Below are positions 10,646 through 20,119 of a stretch of 64,000 bases of DNA, one piece after another. Within the stretch, counting starts at the first letter, position 1. Every line of letters begins with the position of its first letter. The notes under the pieces were generated by a model. The model had not been told where the DNA came from. It ran no database searches and saw only the letters and a program-made list of their open reading frames with translations. Source of the stretch: an uncultured Acidobacteriota bacterium (GTDB lineage: Bacteria > Acidobacteriota > Thermoanaerobaculia > Gp7-AA8); NCBI GenBank assembly GCA_963822445.1, contig CAWGHO010000003.1, positions 1,536,001-1,600,000 of the forward strand. Reading direction: 5' to 3'. The position numbers and the translations under genes were made by a program.

Positions 10646-11341
10646 TTGGCCCCCCGGTTCGTCCTCTTCGTCGCAGCCTCCACCGTCCTGATGGCCGCGG
10701 TTCTCCTGCTCGACGGTCCGGGATTGCCGCGGCAGCTCACGCTCTCCGCGGCTACAGCCGGGTTTCTCTGGTTCTTCGTGCGCTACCTGCGCGTCGATAC
10801 GCGCCCGGTCCTCACCGCGATCGCCGTAGCCACCCTCGGCGAAGTCGTGCTCTCCCTCGGATGGGGCCTTTACTCCTACCAGCACGCGTTGATTCCACTG
10901 TACGTGCCGCCGGGGCATGGACTGTTCTACACACTGGCCGCGGTGAGCGCGCAGCAGGAGTGGTTTCGGCGGCGCGAATCGGTGATCACCCGCGGCGTGC
11001 TCGTGGCCGGAACGCTGATCGCCATCCTCAGCCTCGTCGCGTTCCGCGATACCTGGGGATTTCTCTGGTGGCTGGGCGCGCTCGCGCTGATCGCCCGGTC
11101 GCGCAATCAACTGCTGCTGTCGACCTGCTTCGTCTACACGATCCTGCTCGAATGGGCCGGGACGGCAAACGGCAACTGGCTGTGGGCCGCGGACGTCCCG
11201 TTCGTCGGATTGCGATCGGCGAATCCGCCGGCCGGCGTCGGCATCCTGTACATCCTGCTCGATCTGATCGTCGTGTCGCTCACATCTTTGCGCTGGCAGC
11301 CGCTCGCACCATCGGCGGTACGATCAGACGATGCCGGATGA
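10646..11341 (+). CDS. Multi-pass membrane hypothetical protein
   Basis: About 7 hydrophobic segments; IPLYVPPGHG, LEWAGTANGNWLW; in-frame TTG 9 nt after TATCAT. Confidence 0.7.
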   Translation: MAPRFVLFVAASTVLMAAVLLLDGPGLPRQLTLSAATAGFLWFFVRYLRVDTRPVLTAIAVATLGEVVLSLGWGLYSYQHALIPLYVPPGHGLFYTLAAVSAQQEWFRRRESVITRGVLVAGTLIAILSLVAFRDTWGFLWWLGALALIARSRNQLLLSTCFVYTILLEWAGTANGNWLWAADVPFVGLRSANPPAGVGILYILLDLIVVSLTSLRWQPLAPSAVRSDDAG

Positions 11342-11588
11342 AGATCTCATCGACGCGCCGGAGGAGCTGGCCGAACCGGAAGAGCTGGTCTGTGCCTCGT
11401 GCGGCTCGGCGGACATTCAAAAGCGCCCGCGCGCGCTCTACTTCGTCGTCATCGCGGCGCTGGCCATCAGCGTAGGCTTTGCGTTCGGCGAGACGGAGGC
11501 AGCCTTTTACTTCGTGGCCGCGGCGGCGATCTTTTCGATGATCGCCGACAGGTGGGTGTGCGAGGAATGCGGGAAGTCGTGGAAGTAG
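11331..11588 (+). CDS. Small membrane protein with split zinc ribbon
   Basis: CASCGS, then two hydrophobic segments, then CEECGKSW. Confidence 0.7.
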   Translation: MPDEDLIDAPEELAEPEELVCASCGSADIQKRPRALYFVVIAALAISVGFAFGETEAAFYFVAAAAIFSMIADRWVCEECGKSWK

Positions 11589-11589
11589 C

Positions 11590-11623
11590 GGTGTAGTGCA
11601 GGCCTCCCGGCCTGCACTACACC
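11590..11623. repeat. Perfect hairpin, family A REP-like; probable bidirectional terminator
   Basis: GGTGTAGTGCAGGCC-TCCC-GGCCTGCACTACACC between convergent genes. Confidence 0.8.
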
Positions 11624-11632
11624 TGGAAGCAG

Positions 11633-11959
11633 TCAGATCGACTTCGCGGACTCGATCATCAGCTCCTGGCCTTCGGCTTCGCCGCAGCTCACGAGCTTGC
11701 CCTTCACGCGGACGATCGCGCCGTCCTTGGCGAGGGACTTGCCGGTCACCTTCGACTCGCTACAGACGTCGTAGCTCTTGTCGCTGTCGGCGACTTTGAA
11801 GACGGCCTTGGACTGCTCGCCGTCCACCCAGACCACCTTGCCCGTCAGCTCGACCGACTTGGCCTTGGAGGCCTTCTTCATGTCGCAGTTTGCTCCGTCG
11901 CCGGCGTAGAGCGTGGCCGCGACGAATACGAGCGCGAGAACCAGAACGAGTTTCTTCAT
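11633..11959 (-). CDS. Small secreted hypothetical protein (OB-fold-like)
   Basis: GGAG SD, signal peptide LYA-G, VELTGKV...VRVKGKL. Confidence 0.75.
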   Translation of the reverse strand: MKKLVLVLALVFVAATLYAGDGANCDMKKASKAKSVELTGKVVWVDGEQSKAVFKVADSDKSYDVCSESKVTGKSLAKDGAIVRVKGKLVSCGEAEGQELMIESAKSI

Positions 11960-12127
11960 GTGTGTTGCTCCTTTCGATTGCCGAATATAGGCATCGCCCC
12001 TGTTCGAGTCTTGTCAAAACGGCAAACGAGCAGAGACGGGACGTGCGGAGATTTGTTATTATGCGTCAACGCGGACGCGGGCTCGTCCCTCGCGCCGCGA
12101 TTCTGTCAGGTCCAAACGGTGTCCCGA

Positions 12128-12844
12128 ATGAAGCGAATGCTGCTGGCTCCCGCATTAGCCGTGTTGTTTGCCGTGCCCCTTCACGCCTCCTGCAAATCGG
12201 GAGCGTCCGAGCCGCTGTTGCGCTCTCTGCTGCGCCAGGCGCCCGGCCTCAAGGCGGAAGTCCTCACGCTGGCCCTCGACGCCACGGCCTGCGCCGCGGA
12301 AAAAGGCCTGGTGAAGCGCCAGGAGTTGCTCACCGTCATCGATTACTCCATTCCCTCCACCCAGCCGCGCCTGTGGGTGTTCAACGTCGCCGAAAAGAAG
12401 CTGCTGTTCAAGGAGCTCGTCGCGCACGGAAAGAACAGCGGCGGCAATCTTCCGAGCTTCTTCTCCAACAGCTCGGGCAGCCTGGCCACCAGCCTCGGCC
12501 TCTTCGTCACCGGCGGCACCTACGTCGGCAGCAACGGCTACTCGCTCCGCCTGAAAGGGCTCGAGGAAGGCGTGAACGACATGGCCTTCGACCGGGCCAT
12601 CGTGATGCACGGCGCCCCCTACGTCAGCCGCGAAGCCATCCGCGCCCTGGGCCGCCTCGGCCGGAGCTGGGGATGCCCGGCCGTGCGGAAAGAGATCGCC
12701 CGCAAGCTCATCGACACCGTCCGCGGCGGCAGCCCGATCTTCGCCTACTACCCGGACGACAACTGGTTGTCCTCGTCGGCATTCGTGCGGCACACTCGCC
12801 AGTCGCAACATGCCGCCGCAAATTCTCGGACTGCTTCCCGGTGA
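12128..12844 (+). CDS. Murein L,D-transpeptidase catalytic domain protein (YkuD_2)
   Basis: IDYSIPSTQPRLWV, VAHGKNSG, RAIVMHGAPYV, GRSWGCPA. Confidence 0.9.
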   Translation: MKRMLLAPALAVLFAVPLHASCKSGASEPLLRSLLRQAPGLKAEVLTLALDATACAAEKGLVKRQELLTVIDYSIPSTQPRLWVFNVAEKKLLFKELVAHGKNSGGNLPSFFSNSSGSLATSLGLFVTGGTYVGSNGYSLRLKGLEEGVNDMAFDRAIVMHGAPYVSREAIRALGRLGRSWGCPAVRKEIARKLIDTVRGGSPIFAYYPDDNWLSSSAFVRHTRQSQHAAANSRTASR

Positions 12845-13853
12845 CCTGGCGTCGCACCTCCGCGCGAATGGCGTAGCCGTTCGCGATGCGGAGGCGCGGC
12901 GCGTGATCGCGCATGCGATCGCGGCAGGGAAGGACGGCTATCCGACCTCGCGACCAGTGCCGCGCGCGCTGGAGATCGCGATCGACGCACTCATCGATCG
13001 GCGTCGTCTCGAGATCGTGGAGCGGGCGGAGGATCCGGGCGATGGCTTTGTCAAATACCTCTTTCGCCTTCACGACGGCGCGCTGGCGGAAGCGGTGCGC
13101 ATTCCGCTCGAAGTCGAGGGGCGCTTCACGGTTTGTCTCTCGAGCCAGGCCGGTTGCGCGATGGCCTGCGATTTCTGCGCGACCGGGCGGATGGGGCTGA
13201 CGCGCAGTCTCGAGCCGTGGGAGATCGTCGCGCAGTTCGTCGCCGTGCGCGATGAAGCGCCGGGCCGCGTGACCGGCGCGGTGTTTCAGGGACAGGGCGA
13301 GCCGCTGCACAACTACGCCGCGGTCATGCGCGCCGCGGAGATCCTGTGCGATCCCTGCGGCGGCCGGATCAGCGCGAAGGCGATCACCATTTCCACGGTC
13401 GGTCTCGTTCCGGCGATTCATCGGTACGCGAGTGAAGGACGTCCGTATCGCCTGATCGTGTCGCTGACGTCGGCGATCGACGAGCGGCGCCGCGCGCTCG
13501 TTCCCAAAGCCGCGGCCTGGCCGGTTCGCGAGCTCGCTGACGCCGTCCGCGCGTACCAGCGCGCCGCCGGCGGCAGGGTGACCATCGCCTGGGTCGTCCT
13601 CGGCGGCATCAACACGGGACGCGATGAAGTGGAAGCGCTGCGCGAGCTGTTCGACGGCGTGCCGCTCCGCTTGAACCTGATCGACGTCAACGACGCGCGG
13701 CCAGACGGCTACGCTCGCGCGAGCGACGAAGAGCTCGCGGCGTTTCGCGACGAGTTGCGGACGCTGGGGATTCCGGTGGTGCGGCGTTACTCGGGAGGTG
13801 CCGCGCGCCATGCCGCGTGTGGCATGCTCGCGGCGAACACGAATGCAGGGTAA
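12810..13853 (+). CDS. RlmN/Cfr-family radical SAM RNA methyltransferase (divergent)
   Basis: CLSSQAGCAMACDFCATG, GQGEPL, ITISTVG, AACGML. Confidence 0.85.
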   Translation: MPPQILGLLPGDLASHLRANGVAVRDAEARRVIAHAIAAGKDGYPTSRPVPRALEIAIDALIDRRRLEIVERAEDPGDGFVKYLFRLHDGALAEAVRIPLEVEGRFTVCLSSQAGCAMACDFCATGRMGLTRSLEPWEIVAQFVAVRDEAPGRVTGAVFQGQGEPLHNYAAVMRAAEILCDPCGGRISAKAITISTVGLVPAIHRYASEGRPYRLIVSLTSAIDERRRALVPKAAAWPVRELADAVRAYQRAAGGRVTIAWVVLGGINTGRDEVEALRELFDGVPLRLNLIDVNDARPDGYARASDEELAAFRDELRTLGIPVVRRYSGGAARHAACGMLAANTNAG

Positions 13854-14025
13854 ACGGACAGCGATCATCCTCGGATTCATCGGCATCGCCGTGGAGATGA
13901 TCGCGGTGGTGCTGCTCGCGCAGAAGCGGATCCCGACGACGTACGGAACCCCGCTGATCATCGCCGGGATGTTGCTCGCGTTCGTGCCCTTGTTCCTGCT
14001 GACGAGGTCGAAGAGACGCCGGTAA
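13843..14025 (+). CDS. Small two-TM hypothetical protein
   Basis: MQGKRTAIILGFIG...; two hydrophobic helices and a basic tail. Confidence 0.6.
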   Translation: MQGKRTAIILGFIGIAVEMIAVVLLAQKRIPTTYGTPLIIAGMLLAFVPLFLLTRSKRRR

Positions 14026-14046
14026 CCTCCGTTACCATGATCGGCG

Positions 14047-14578
14047 ATGCCGCTGGAAAGCATCGGCGCTCGCGTGGCTCTGCCGCTGTGGGCGAAAGTC
14101 GCGGGCACACTCCTGGTCGGGGTCGGTGTCGGCCTCTTAGCGTTCATGCCCGGGCGCCGCGAGGTGCAGCTCATCGCCGTCGCGTGCGCCGTGGCGCTGG
14201 CGGTCGTCATCGCCTGGGTGCTCAGCAGATATCGCGAGTCCCCTTCTCACCTGTGACGTTCCCGTGCAACTCGGGGCGCAGTTGCGTGGGCACATCGAAG
14301 TCGGGCTACCGAGAATGCCGGACGCCGGATTTCGGATCGTGTTGCGTTGCGAAGAGATGAGCCCCAATCCCGATAGCGCGGCCGAAATCGTCTGGGAGGA
14401 CGAGGTTCTCGTCGATCCGTCGACGGTTTCCCGAGTCCGATCGGATCTCGTCATTCCGTTCACTTTCGAGATGCCTGACGCGGCGAAACCCACGAGCCAG
14501 GACGTGTGGTGGTCCGTCGAAATCACGACGCGTGGCTACGCCGCGCGGTTTTCGATCCCCGTGGTATGGCCAGGATAG
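14047..14578 (+). CDS. Membrane hypothetical protein split by apparent +1 C at 14240-14243
   Basis: Removing one C joins ORFs 14047-14256 and 14264-14578: ...SRYRESLLTCDVPVQLGAQLRGHIEV...ARFSIPVV. Confidence 0.6.
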
Positions 14579-15138
14579 TTCTCGTAAGACACGGCCGTTC
14601 CGGCCACCTTCACTCAGGCTGGATCAATCGCGAAGAGTTTCTCGGCTGGCGTGAAGCCTACGAATCCGCCGGCATTCATCAGGACGAAGTCCCGCCCCAC
14701 GACTTGAACGCCACAGCGGCGAAGAGCGGCGTCATCGCGGCCAGTACGGCTCCACGCGCGATCGAATCAGCAAGGCTGCTGGCACCCGGCAGGGACATCC
14801 GCACATCGCCGTTGCTTGCGGAACTGGAGCTGGCACCGCCTGCTCTTCCGATGCGAATGCCGCTGACGTCTTGGATGATCGCAATCGGCGTCCAGTGGGC
14901 TACGCGAGCGATCCTGCGCCGCGTTCATGTGTCGGAGCTCGAACTGCAGCGCTCGCGAGACGCCGCGAGATGGCTCGCCGATCTCGCTTCATCACACGAG
15001 AGCGTGCTCGCCGTGACCCATGGATCTCTCCGCTTGCTGCTCTCGAATCGCCTCGTCGAGCAAGGTTGGCGGCGGGAGTTACCCCGCCGCCGCCGCAACG
15101 GTCACTGGAGTGCGTGGCAATTCAAGGCATCTCCGTGA
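14566..15138 (+). CDS. Histidine phosphatase (phosphoglycerate mutase-like) family protein
   Basis: IVLVRHG, STAPRAIESA, LAVTHG. Confidence 0.8.
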   Translation: MARIVLVRHGRSGHLHSGWINREEFLGWREAYESAGIHQDEVPPHDLNATAAKSGVIAASTAPRAIESARLLAPGRDIRTSPLLAELELAPPALPMRMPLTSWMIAIGVQWATRAILRRVHVSELELQRSRDAARWLADLASSHESVLAVTHGSLRLLLSNRLVEQGWRRELPRRRRNGHWSAWQFKASP

Positions 15139-16414
15139 CCGCGGGGACACTCTCGACCAAGCCAATCCGCTCGCGCCGCATCGGCAACGGCCCTCCGTAC
15201 GTCAGCCGACGCCACAGCCACTCCACCGGTCCGAAGCGGAATCGCTCCAGCCACCAGGGGCTGATCAGCATCTGGATGGCGAAGATCGCGACGGTCATCG
15301 GCAGCAGAACCGCCGGTCCGACGTCGCCGAGTAATTCGAGGCCGTAGCTGTAGAAGATGAGCGTTCCGATGATCGACTGCAGAAGGTAGTTCGTCAGGGC
15401 CGTGCGGCCGATCGCGGCGAACGCACGCAGCTTCGCGCGCACCGCCTGGCTCTGGCAGATGACGATGACGAAGCAGATGTAGCCGAGACTCAAAGCGGGC
15501 GTTGCGACCACTCCGATCATCATCACCGCGAACGCCGGGACCGTGGTCGGCATCATCGGCGGGTCGAAGATCCAGCGGAGCGCGGTCACGGCGACGTTGC
15601 CGGTCACGCCGATGGCCAGGCCCCACCACATCGCCGTGCGGTATTTCGGCAACGACTCCGGCGACGGATGGAACAGCCGTTTGCGCCAGGCCAGCATGCC
15701 GAGGAGGAACAGACCGACGACGTGCCATCCGAAGAAGGGGAGGTAATTCCAGTTGTGCGTGACGGCATCGGTGGCGCGTTGCTTCCCGAGCGCCGCGAAC
15801 GAGCCGTTTTCATAGATGTCCGCCTGCCTCGCGATCTCCGCCGCGGTCGGCTTCGGCATTTCCGGCATCTTTGCTCCGGCCTGCGCGCCGATGAACACGA
15901 GCGTCATGATCAGGGGGATGATCAGCAACCCGATCAAAGCCCAGATGGTCAGAGTCTTGTTCTGGCGCTTGCGGAACAGGAGCAGGACGAAGCCGGACAG
16001 CGCGTACACGAGCAGGATGTCGCCGAACCAGATCAGCAGGCCGTGAATGAGCCCGAACAGAACGAGGACGAATAATCGCCGCGAGTAAGTCCACCCGAAC
16101 TTGGCCCCGCGTTGTTCGGCGCGCTCGAACTGCACGGCGAAACCGACGCCGAAGAGGAAGGCGAAGATGGTGATGAACTTGCCCTGAATGAACGTGTCGA
16201 CGAAGGCCTGCGCCAGGCGATCGTGGAACGCGGACCAGAACCGGCTCGGCATCATGTAGACCAGGGCCGGACCTGCGAAGCCGCGGATGTTCGCCGCGAG
16301 AATGCCGAAGAGAGCCATGCCCCGCAGGATGTCGATCGTGTCGACCCGTTCGGACGTGGCGACAGGGCGGAGCGGCTCCGGCGGCGCCGGAGGCGGGGCA
16401 ACTTCGGTTGTCAT
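15122..16414 (-). CDS. DUF418/YeiB family membrane protein
   Basis: ERVDTIDILRGMALFGIL, GKFITIFAFLFG, GDILLVYA, GRTALTNYLLQS, GPVEWLWRRLTYG. Confidence 0.9.
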   Translation of the reverse strand: MTTEVAPPPAPPEPLRPVATSERVDTIDILRGMALFGILAANIRGFAGPALVYMMPSRFWSAFHDRLAQAFVDTFIQGKFITIFAFLFGVGFAVQFERAEQRGAKFGWTYSRRLFVLVLFGLIHGLLIWFGDILLVYALSGFVLLLFRKRQNKTLTIWALIGLLIIPLIMTLVFIGAQAGAKMPEMPKPTAAEIARQADIYENGSFAALGKQRATDAVTHNWNYLPFFGWHVVGLFLLGMLAWRKRLFHPSPESLPKYRTAMWWGLAIGVTGNVAVTALRWIFDPPMMPTTVPAFAVMMIGVVATPALSLGYICFVIVICQSQAVRAKLRAFAAIGRTALTNYLLQSIIGTLIFYSYGLELLGDVGPAVLLPMTVAIFAIQMLISPWWLERFRFGPVEWLWRRLTYGGPLPMRRERIGLVESVPAVTEMP

Positions 16415-16440
16415 GATGGCGTCCATTCTATGATTTACGG

Positions 16441-18609
16441 ATGCGTACATCGATCGGTTTCCTGGCGTTTCTTCTCGCGTCGTGTGCCGCCGCACCGCCC
16501 TCCCAGCCCGTCGCCGAGCCGGCAACGACCGTGGCCATGCCGGCGCCGCCGGCGGCGCGGACCGAGGTCGTCGTCGAGAACATCCACGGCATCGAAGTGC
16601 GCGATCCGTATCGCTGGATGGAGAAGGGCGGGCCGGAGATGGAAGCGTGGCTCGCGGCGCAAGGCAAGCATGCGCGAACGGTGTTGGACACGCTGCCCGC
16701 CCGCGCCGAGATGCTGAAGGCTGTCACCGCGGCGGACCTCGGCGTCACCCGCGTCTCGATCGTCGATGTCGTCGGCGACGGGCCGCGGATCTTCCTCATG
16801 AAGCGAAAGCCCGACCAGGACGTCGCGCAGTTGTGGGTCCGCGACGGATGGAACGGAACCGACCGCCTGCTCGTCGATCCGCGCAAGCGCGACCAGGGCG
16901 ACGTTCACCACTCCATCGATTACAGCTCGCCGTCGCAGGACGGCAAGCACATCGCGTACGGCATCTCCGCGAGCGGTTCCGAAGACAGCGTGATCGAGGT
17001 GATGGAAGTCGATTCCGGCCGCGTGCTCCCGGAACGGATCGATCGCGCGCAGTACGCCGGCATCTCCTGGCGTCCCGATCACCGCTCGTTCTTCTACTGG
17101 CGCCGCGCGAAGCCGGCACCCGGTGCGACGCGAGTGGACTGGTTCAAGAACAGCGCGACCTACCTCCACCGCCTCGGCGACGATCCCGAGAAAGCCGTTC
17201 CGGTCTTCGGACCGGCGATGCGCGAGCTCGGCATCTGCGAGGAGTGCTTCTCCTGGGTTCAGGTCTCGCCGACCTCACGATGGGTGCTCGCCGGCTCGAC
17301 GCCCGGAACCTCGGCGGATCTCGAATACTTCGTCGCGCCGCTCGATGCGGTTACGCCGGGAGTGCCCATTCCCTGGCGGCGCGTGACCGGGCCGAAAGAT
17401 CGCGTGTGGGGGATGACCGCGCATGGCGAGCGGCTGCTGGCGCTCACGTATGGCGATGCGCCGCGCTTCAAGATCGTGGAGATCGATCCGGCCGCGCCGA
17501 CGATTGCCGCGGCGCGCGAGTTCGTCCGCCATGACGACGATGTCCTGGATGGGTGGGCGGCGGCGCAGGACGGTGTCTACATCAGCTACAACGAGGGTGG
17601 CCGCTTCCGCCTCGAGCGCATGGGCTGGAACGGCACGCGCGAGACGATCGCGCTTCCGTACAACGGCACGATCTCCGGACTTTCCGCGTCACCCGACAAA
17701 CCGGGCGCGCGCTTCTATCTCGAGACCTGGACGCATCCGTTCCGCACGTTCGCCGTCGACGCGAACAGGCAGGTCCGCGACCTCGGACTGATGGAGCCCT
17801 GGCCCGTCGACTACTCGCATCTCACGTCCGAAGAAATCGAAGTGAAGAGCGCGGACGGTACTCTCGTGCCGCTGTCGATCGTGTACCGCAAGGATCAAGC
17901 GAAGGACGGCAGCGCGCCGGCGATTCTCGACGGATACGCGTCGTACGGCTCGGCGCAGACGCCCTACTTTTATCCGATGCGCCTGGCGTGGGTGGACAAG
18001 GGCGGTGTGGCCGCGGAGTGTCACGCGCGCGGCGGCGGTGCGCGCGGCAAGGAGTGGCACACGGCCGGGATCAAGCAGAACAAGGAGCGCGGCATCGAGG
18101 ACTTCATCGCCTGCGCGGAGTATCTGATCGCCAATCGCTTCACCAGCGCGTCGAAGCTCACCGGCACGGGAACGAGCTCCGGCGGCTTGCTCATCGGCGG
18201 CGCGATCACGCGGCGTCCGGATCTGTTCACCGCGGCGTTCCTGCGCGTGCCGGTCGCGAATCTGATGCGCTTCGAGTCGACGGAAGGCGGTCCGGCGAAC
18301 GTGCCGGAGTACGGCAGCGTTGCCAACGCCGAGGACGTGAAGTTCATCTTCGCGTCGGATCCGTATCACCGCATCAAGGACGGCGTGAAGTATCCGGCGC
18401 TGGTGGTCACGGGCGGCATGCACGACGTGCGGGTGCCGGTGTGGCTGCCCGCGAAATTCGCTGCGCGGATGCAAACCGCGACGACCGGCGGTCCGGTGCT
18501 GCTGCGCGTGGAAACCGGCGCGGGCCACGGACTGGGCTCGCGACGCTCGGCGGTTCGCGAGGAATGGGCGGACCTGTACGCGTTCGCGTTATGGCAAAGC
18601 GGAAAGTGA
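16441..18609 (+). CDS. Prolyl oligopeptidase (S9A), lipoprotein
   Basis: Lipobox LASC; DPYRWME, beta-propeller, GTSSGG, HDVRV, AGHG. Confidence 0.92.
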   Translation: MRTSIGFLAFLLASCAAAPPSQPVAEPATTVAMPAPPAARTEVVVENIHGIEVRDPYRWMEKGGPEMEAWLAAQGKHARTVLDTLPARAEMLKAVTAADLGVTRVSIVDVVGDGPRIFLMKRKPDQDVAQLWVRDGWNGTDRLLVDPRKRDQGDVHHSIDYSSPSQDGKHIAYGISASGSEDSVIEVMEVDSGRVLPERIDRAQYAGISWRPDHRSFFYWRRAKPAPGATRVDWFKNSATYLHRLGDDPEKAVPVFGPAMRELGICEECFSWVQVSPTSRWVLAGSTPGTSADLEYFVAPLDAVTPGVPIPWRRVTGPKDRVWGMTAHGERLLALTYGDAPRFKIVEIDPAAPTIAAAREFVRHDDDVLDGWAAAQDGVYISYNEGGRFRLERMGWNGTRETIALPYNGTISGLSASPDKPGARFYLETWTHPFRTFAVDANRQVRDLGLMEPWPVDYSHLTSEEIEVKSADGTLVPLSIVYRKDQAKDGSAPAILDGYASYGSAQTPYFYPMRLAWVDKGGVAAECHARGGGARGKEWHTAGIKQNKERGIEDFIACAEYLIANRFTSASKLTGTGTSSGGLLIGGAITRRPDLFTAAFLRVPVANLMRFESTEGGPANVPEYGSVANAEDVKFIFASDPYHRIKDGVKYPALVVTGGMHDVRVPVWLPAKFAARMQTATTGGPVLLRVETGAGHGLGSRRSAVREEWADLYAFALWQSGK

Positions 18610-20040
18610 GGCGGAAGGCGCGGCGCTTTCGGCCGCGCTCAACCCTTTCAACGATGCTGCGCGATTGGGCATGCGCTCGAGCGAGATCCTGAACTGCTCG
18701 AGCGCTTCCTTCGGCTTGCCGGCGGCGAGAAGCATCTCGCCGTAGAGCTCGTGCGATGGCTTGAGCACGTCCGGCGGTCCTGACGGTGCGCCGAGCGTTT
18801 CTTCGACCGCGGTGGCGCGTTTCGCGAAATCGAGCGCCTCGGTGAGCTTTCCTTGTCTGCGCAGTTCCATCGCGCGCAACGTCAGCTCCATCGCTTCGAG
18901 CGTGCGCTTCTCGACGGGAAGCGTTGCGGACTCACGCGCGGCGACGAGACTCCCGATTGCAGCCTGCGCGGCCGCGGCGTCACCTCGCCGGATCGCGAGC
19001 AGGCCGTTCGCGTAGTGCACGGCTTTGCTGCTGTCGTAGCGGGGCGCGGCGCAATGCGCGGCTTCTTTCGCGTCGTATCCGGCGGTGGCGATGTTCAACG
19101 GCTCGCCGGTTTCCACGATCCATCTCGCCGTCATCCAGGCTCGCGTAGAGCGCTCGCGATCGCTGTTCGCGCCGTCCGCGGGAACTTCGGCCAGGAGCGC
19201 TTTTGCTTCGTCGCGGCGTCCCTGCTGGAGGTAGATGTACTGCAGCCACTGCAGGCTGTGCAGGTCGCGTTTCGCGGACGGCAGCTTGTCGCGCTCGACC
19301 CAGGCCTTCGACGCGGCGTACGAGGCCTCGTTCGAGGCCGCGGCCTCTTTCCACATGCCGAGCTGCAGAAAAATGTGCGACGGCATGTGCAGCGCGTGAT
19401 GCGCGGCCGGCGCAACGCGCGAATAGCGGTGCGCCGCGCGCAGACCAAGCGGCGCATGCAGCGGATCGTCGTACGCGTGAATGGTGTAGTGGAGGACGCC
19501 GGGATGTTCGGGATGCGTGGACGCGAGCGGCTGGAGGACTTCCGCCGCGCGGATCTGCTTCCGCATCGCATCCGGGTCGCGGTACATCGTGCCCATGATC
19601 GCCAGCGAGTGAAACGCCCTGACCTCGGCGTTGGCCGGATACTTTTCGACCATCGCCGCCAGCGCGCGCTCGTACGCCAGATCGCGCTCGCGCTTCGAGC
19701 CTTCGCCGTACAGAACATCCAGCGTTGCCCGCCAATCGCGTTCGAGCGGCGTCGCCGGCGCGGGCGCTTTCGCAAGAATGGCCAGTGCGGCCTCGCGATC
19801 CTGCTCCATCCAGATCGGATGGTTGTGAGTCATGGCCTCGCCCCAGTACGCCATCGCGAACTGCGGGTCGAGCTTCTGCGCGCGCTGGAACGACGCGGCC
19901 GCCTCTTCGTACCAGAAGCTGTGCAGCGCCGCGACGCCGCGCTCGAATTCAGCCTGGGCCTCGCGATTCTTCGTCGAGGTCGGAAAGGCAACGGTGCCGA
20001 GTTCGGCGGCGAGGATGAGCGCGATGGCGAGGATGTTCAT
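18589..20040 (-). CDS. Secreted TPR-repeat protein with His-rich conserved motifs
   Basis: ALHSFWYEEA, AMAYWGEA, HPGVLHYTIHAYD, HALHMPSHIF. Confidence 0.8.
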   Translation of the reverse strand: MNILAIALILAAELGTVAFPTSTKNREAQAEFERGVAALHSFWYEEAAASFQRAQKLDPQFAMAYWGEAMTHNHPIWMEQDREAALAILAKAPAPATPLERDWRATLDVLYGEGSKRERDLAYERALAAMVEKYPANAEVRAFHSLAIMGTMYRDPDAMRKQIRAAEVLQPLASTHPEHPGVLHYTIHAYDDPLHAPLGLRAAHRYSRVAPAAHHALHMPSHIFLQLGMWKEAAASNEASYAASKAWVERDKLPSAKRDLHSLQWLQYIYLQQGRRDEAKALLAEVPADGANSDRERSTRAWMTARWIVETGEPLNIATAGYDAKEAAHCAAPRYDSSKAVHYANGLLAIRRGDAAAAQAAIGSLVAARESATLPVEKRTLEAMELTLRAMELRRQGKLTEALDFAKRATAVEETLGAPSGPPDVLKPSHELYGEMLLAAGKPKEALEQFRISLERMPNRAASLKGLSAAESAAPSASLSALP

Positions 20041-20119
20041 GCTGTCACCGGTAAGCCACCGACCGAGGCAACGATGGCCAGGATGCCGAGTTTTCGCATC
20101 GGAAGAGTCTAGAGCAGGT

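Noticed and set aside
12810-13853. Cfr antibiotic resistance gene
   Set aside because: Only family-level similarity is visible; there is no mobile context, and specificity cannot be assigned without a phylogeny.
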